From: the human T2T-CHM13v2.0 reference genome, Homo sapiens
Reading direction: 5' to 3' (one strand)
DNA length: 64,000 nucleotides
Assembly: GCF_009914755.1 (NCBI RefSeq)
Contig: NC_060937.1
Position numbers and translations under genes: made by a program. Positions 63,845-64,000 of this stretch are shown here, in pieces. Each line of letters opens with the position of its first letter. The first letter of the stretch is position 1. The notes under the pieces are model-generated. The model ran no database searches, had not been told where the DNA came from, and saw only the letters and a list, made by a program, of their open reading frames with translations.

Positions 63845-64000
63845 GAGCCCACTGCAATTTGGTTTCCTGCCACCACCTTCGCCTCCGTGACCATCTTAAA
63901 GTCCTCACTGACTTCCATGTTGCTAAGCACGGTGGCCACCTCTTAGTGCTCATGTGGCTTCTCTCTCTCGGCAGCATTTGATAGAGATGATAATTTGCCT
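63845..64000 (+). mobile_element. L2 reverse transcriptase relic (runs off the window)
   Basis: Resembles DNA for QSGF..KVTNDLHVAK..LDLSAAFD (tgacttccatgttgctaa; tctctcggcagcatttgat). Confidence 0.7.

Overview
This is primate DNA, most likely human or another great ape. The window opens in a CpG island (about 1-690) and then runs through about 63 kb of AT-rich, repeat-dense non-coding sequence that looks like a large first intron of a + strand gene; the orientation is inferred and I could not identify the gene. No host protein-coding exon can be firmly supported. The dominant feature is a full-length L1PA2-like LINE-1 on the minus strand (11692-17727) with a 15-bp TSD. It is retrotransposition-dead (one ORF1 frameshift, two ORF2 nonsense codons) but retains its 5'UTR, YY1 site, antisense-promoter region and an open, stop-loss-extended ORF0. 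Also present: 16 Alu/FLAM copies, a complete LTR-int-LTR MaLR (MLT1A-type) provirus, solo MLT1/MLT2 LTRs, Tigger3b, MER1B, MER5, MER53, and L2, MIR, CR1/L3 and old L1 relics, plus microsatellites. I found no evidence for a novel multi-gene system. The most interesting signals are small: the extended ORF0 upstream of candidate micro-exons, a probable templated insertion copied from about 760 bp away, and a chimeric tandem Alu whose head appears copied from its neighbour. Repeat subfamily names come from recalled consensus motifs, not a database search.
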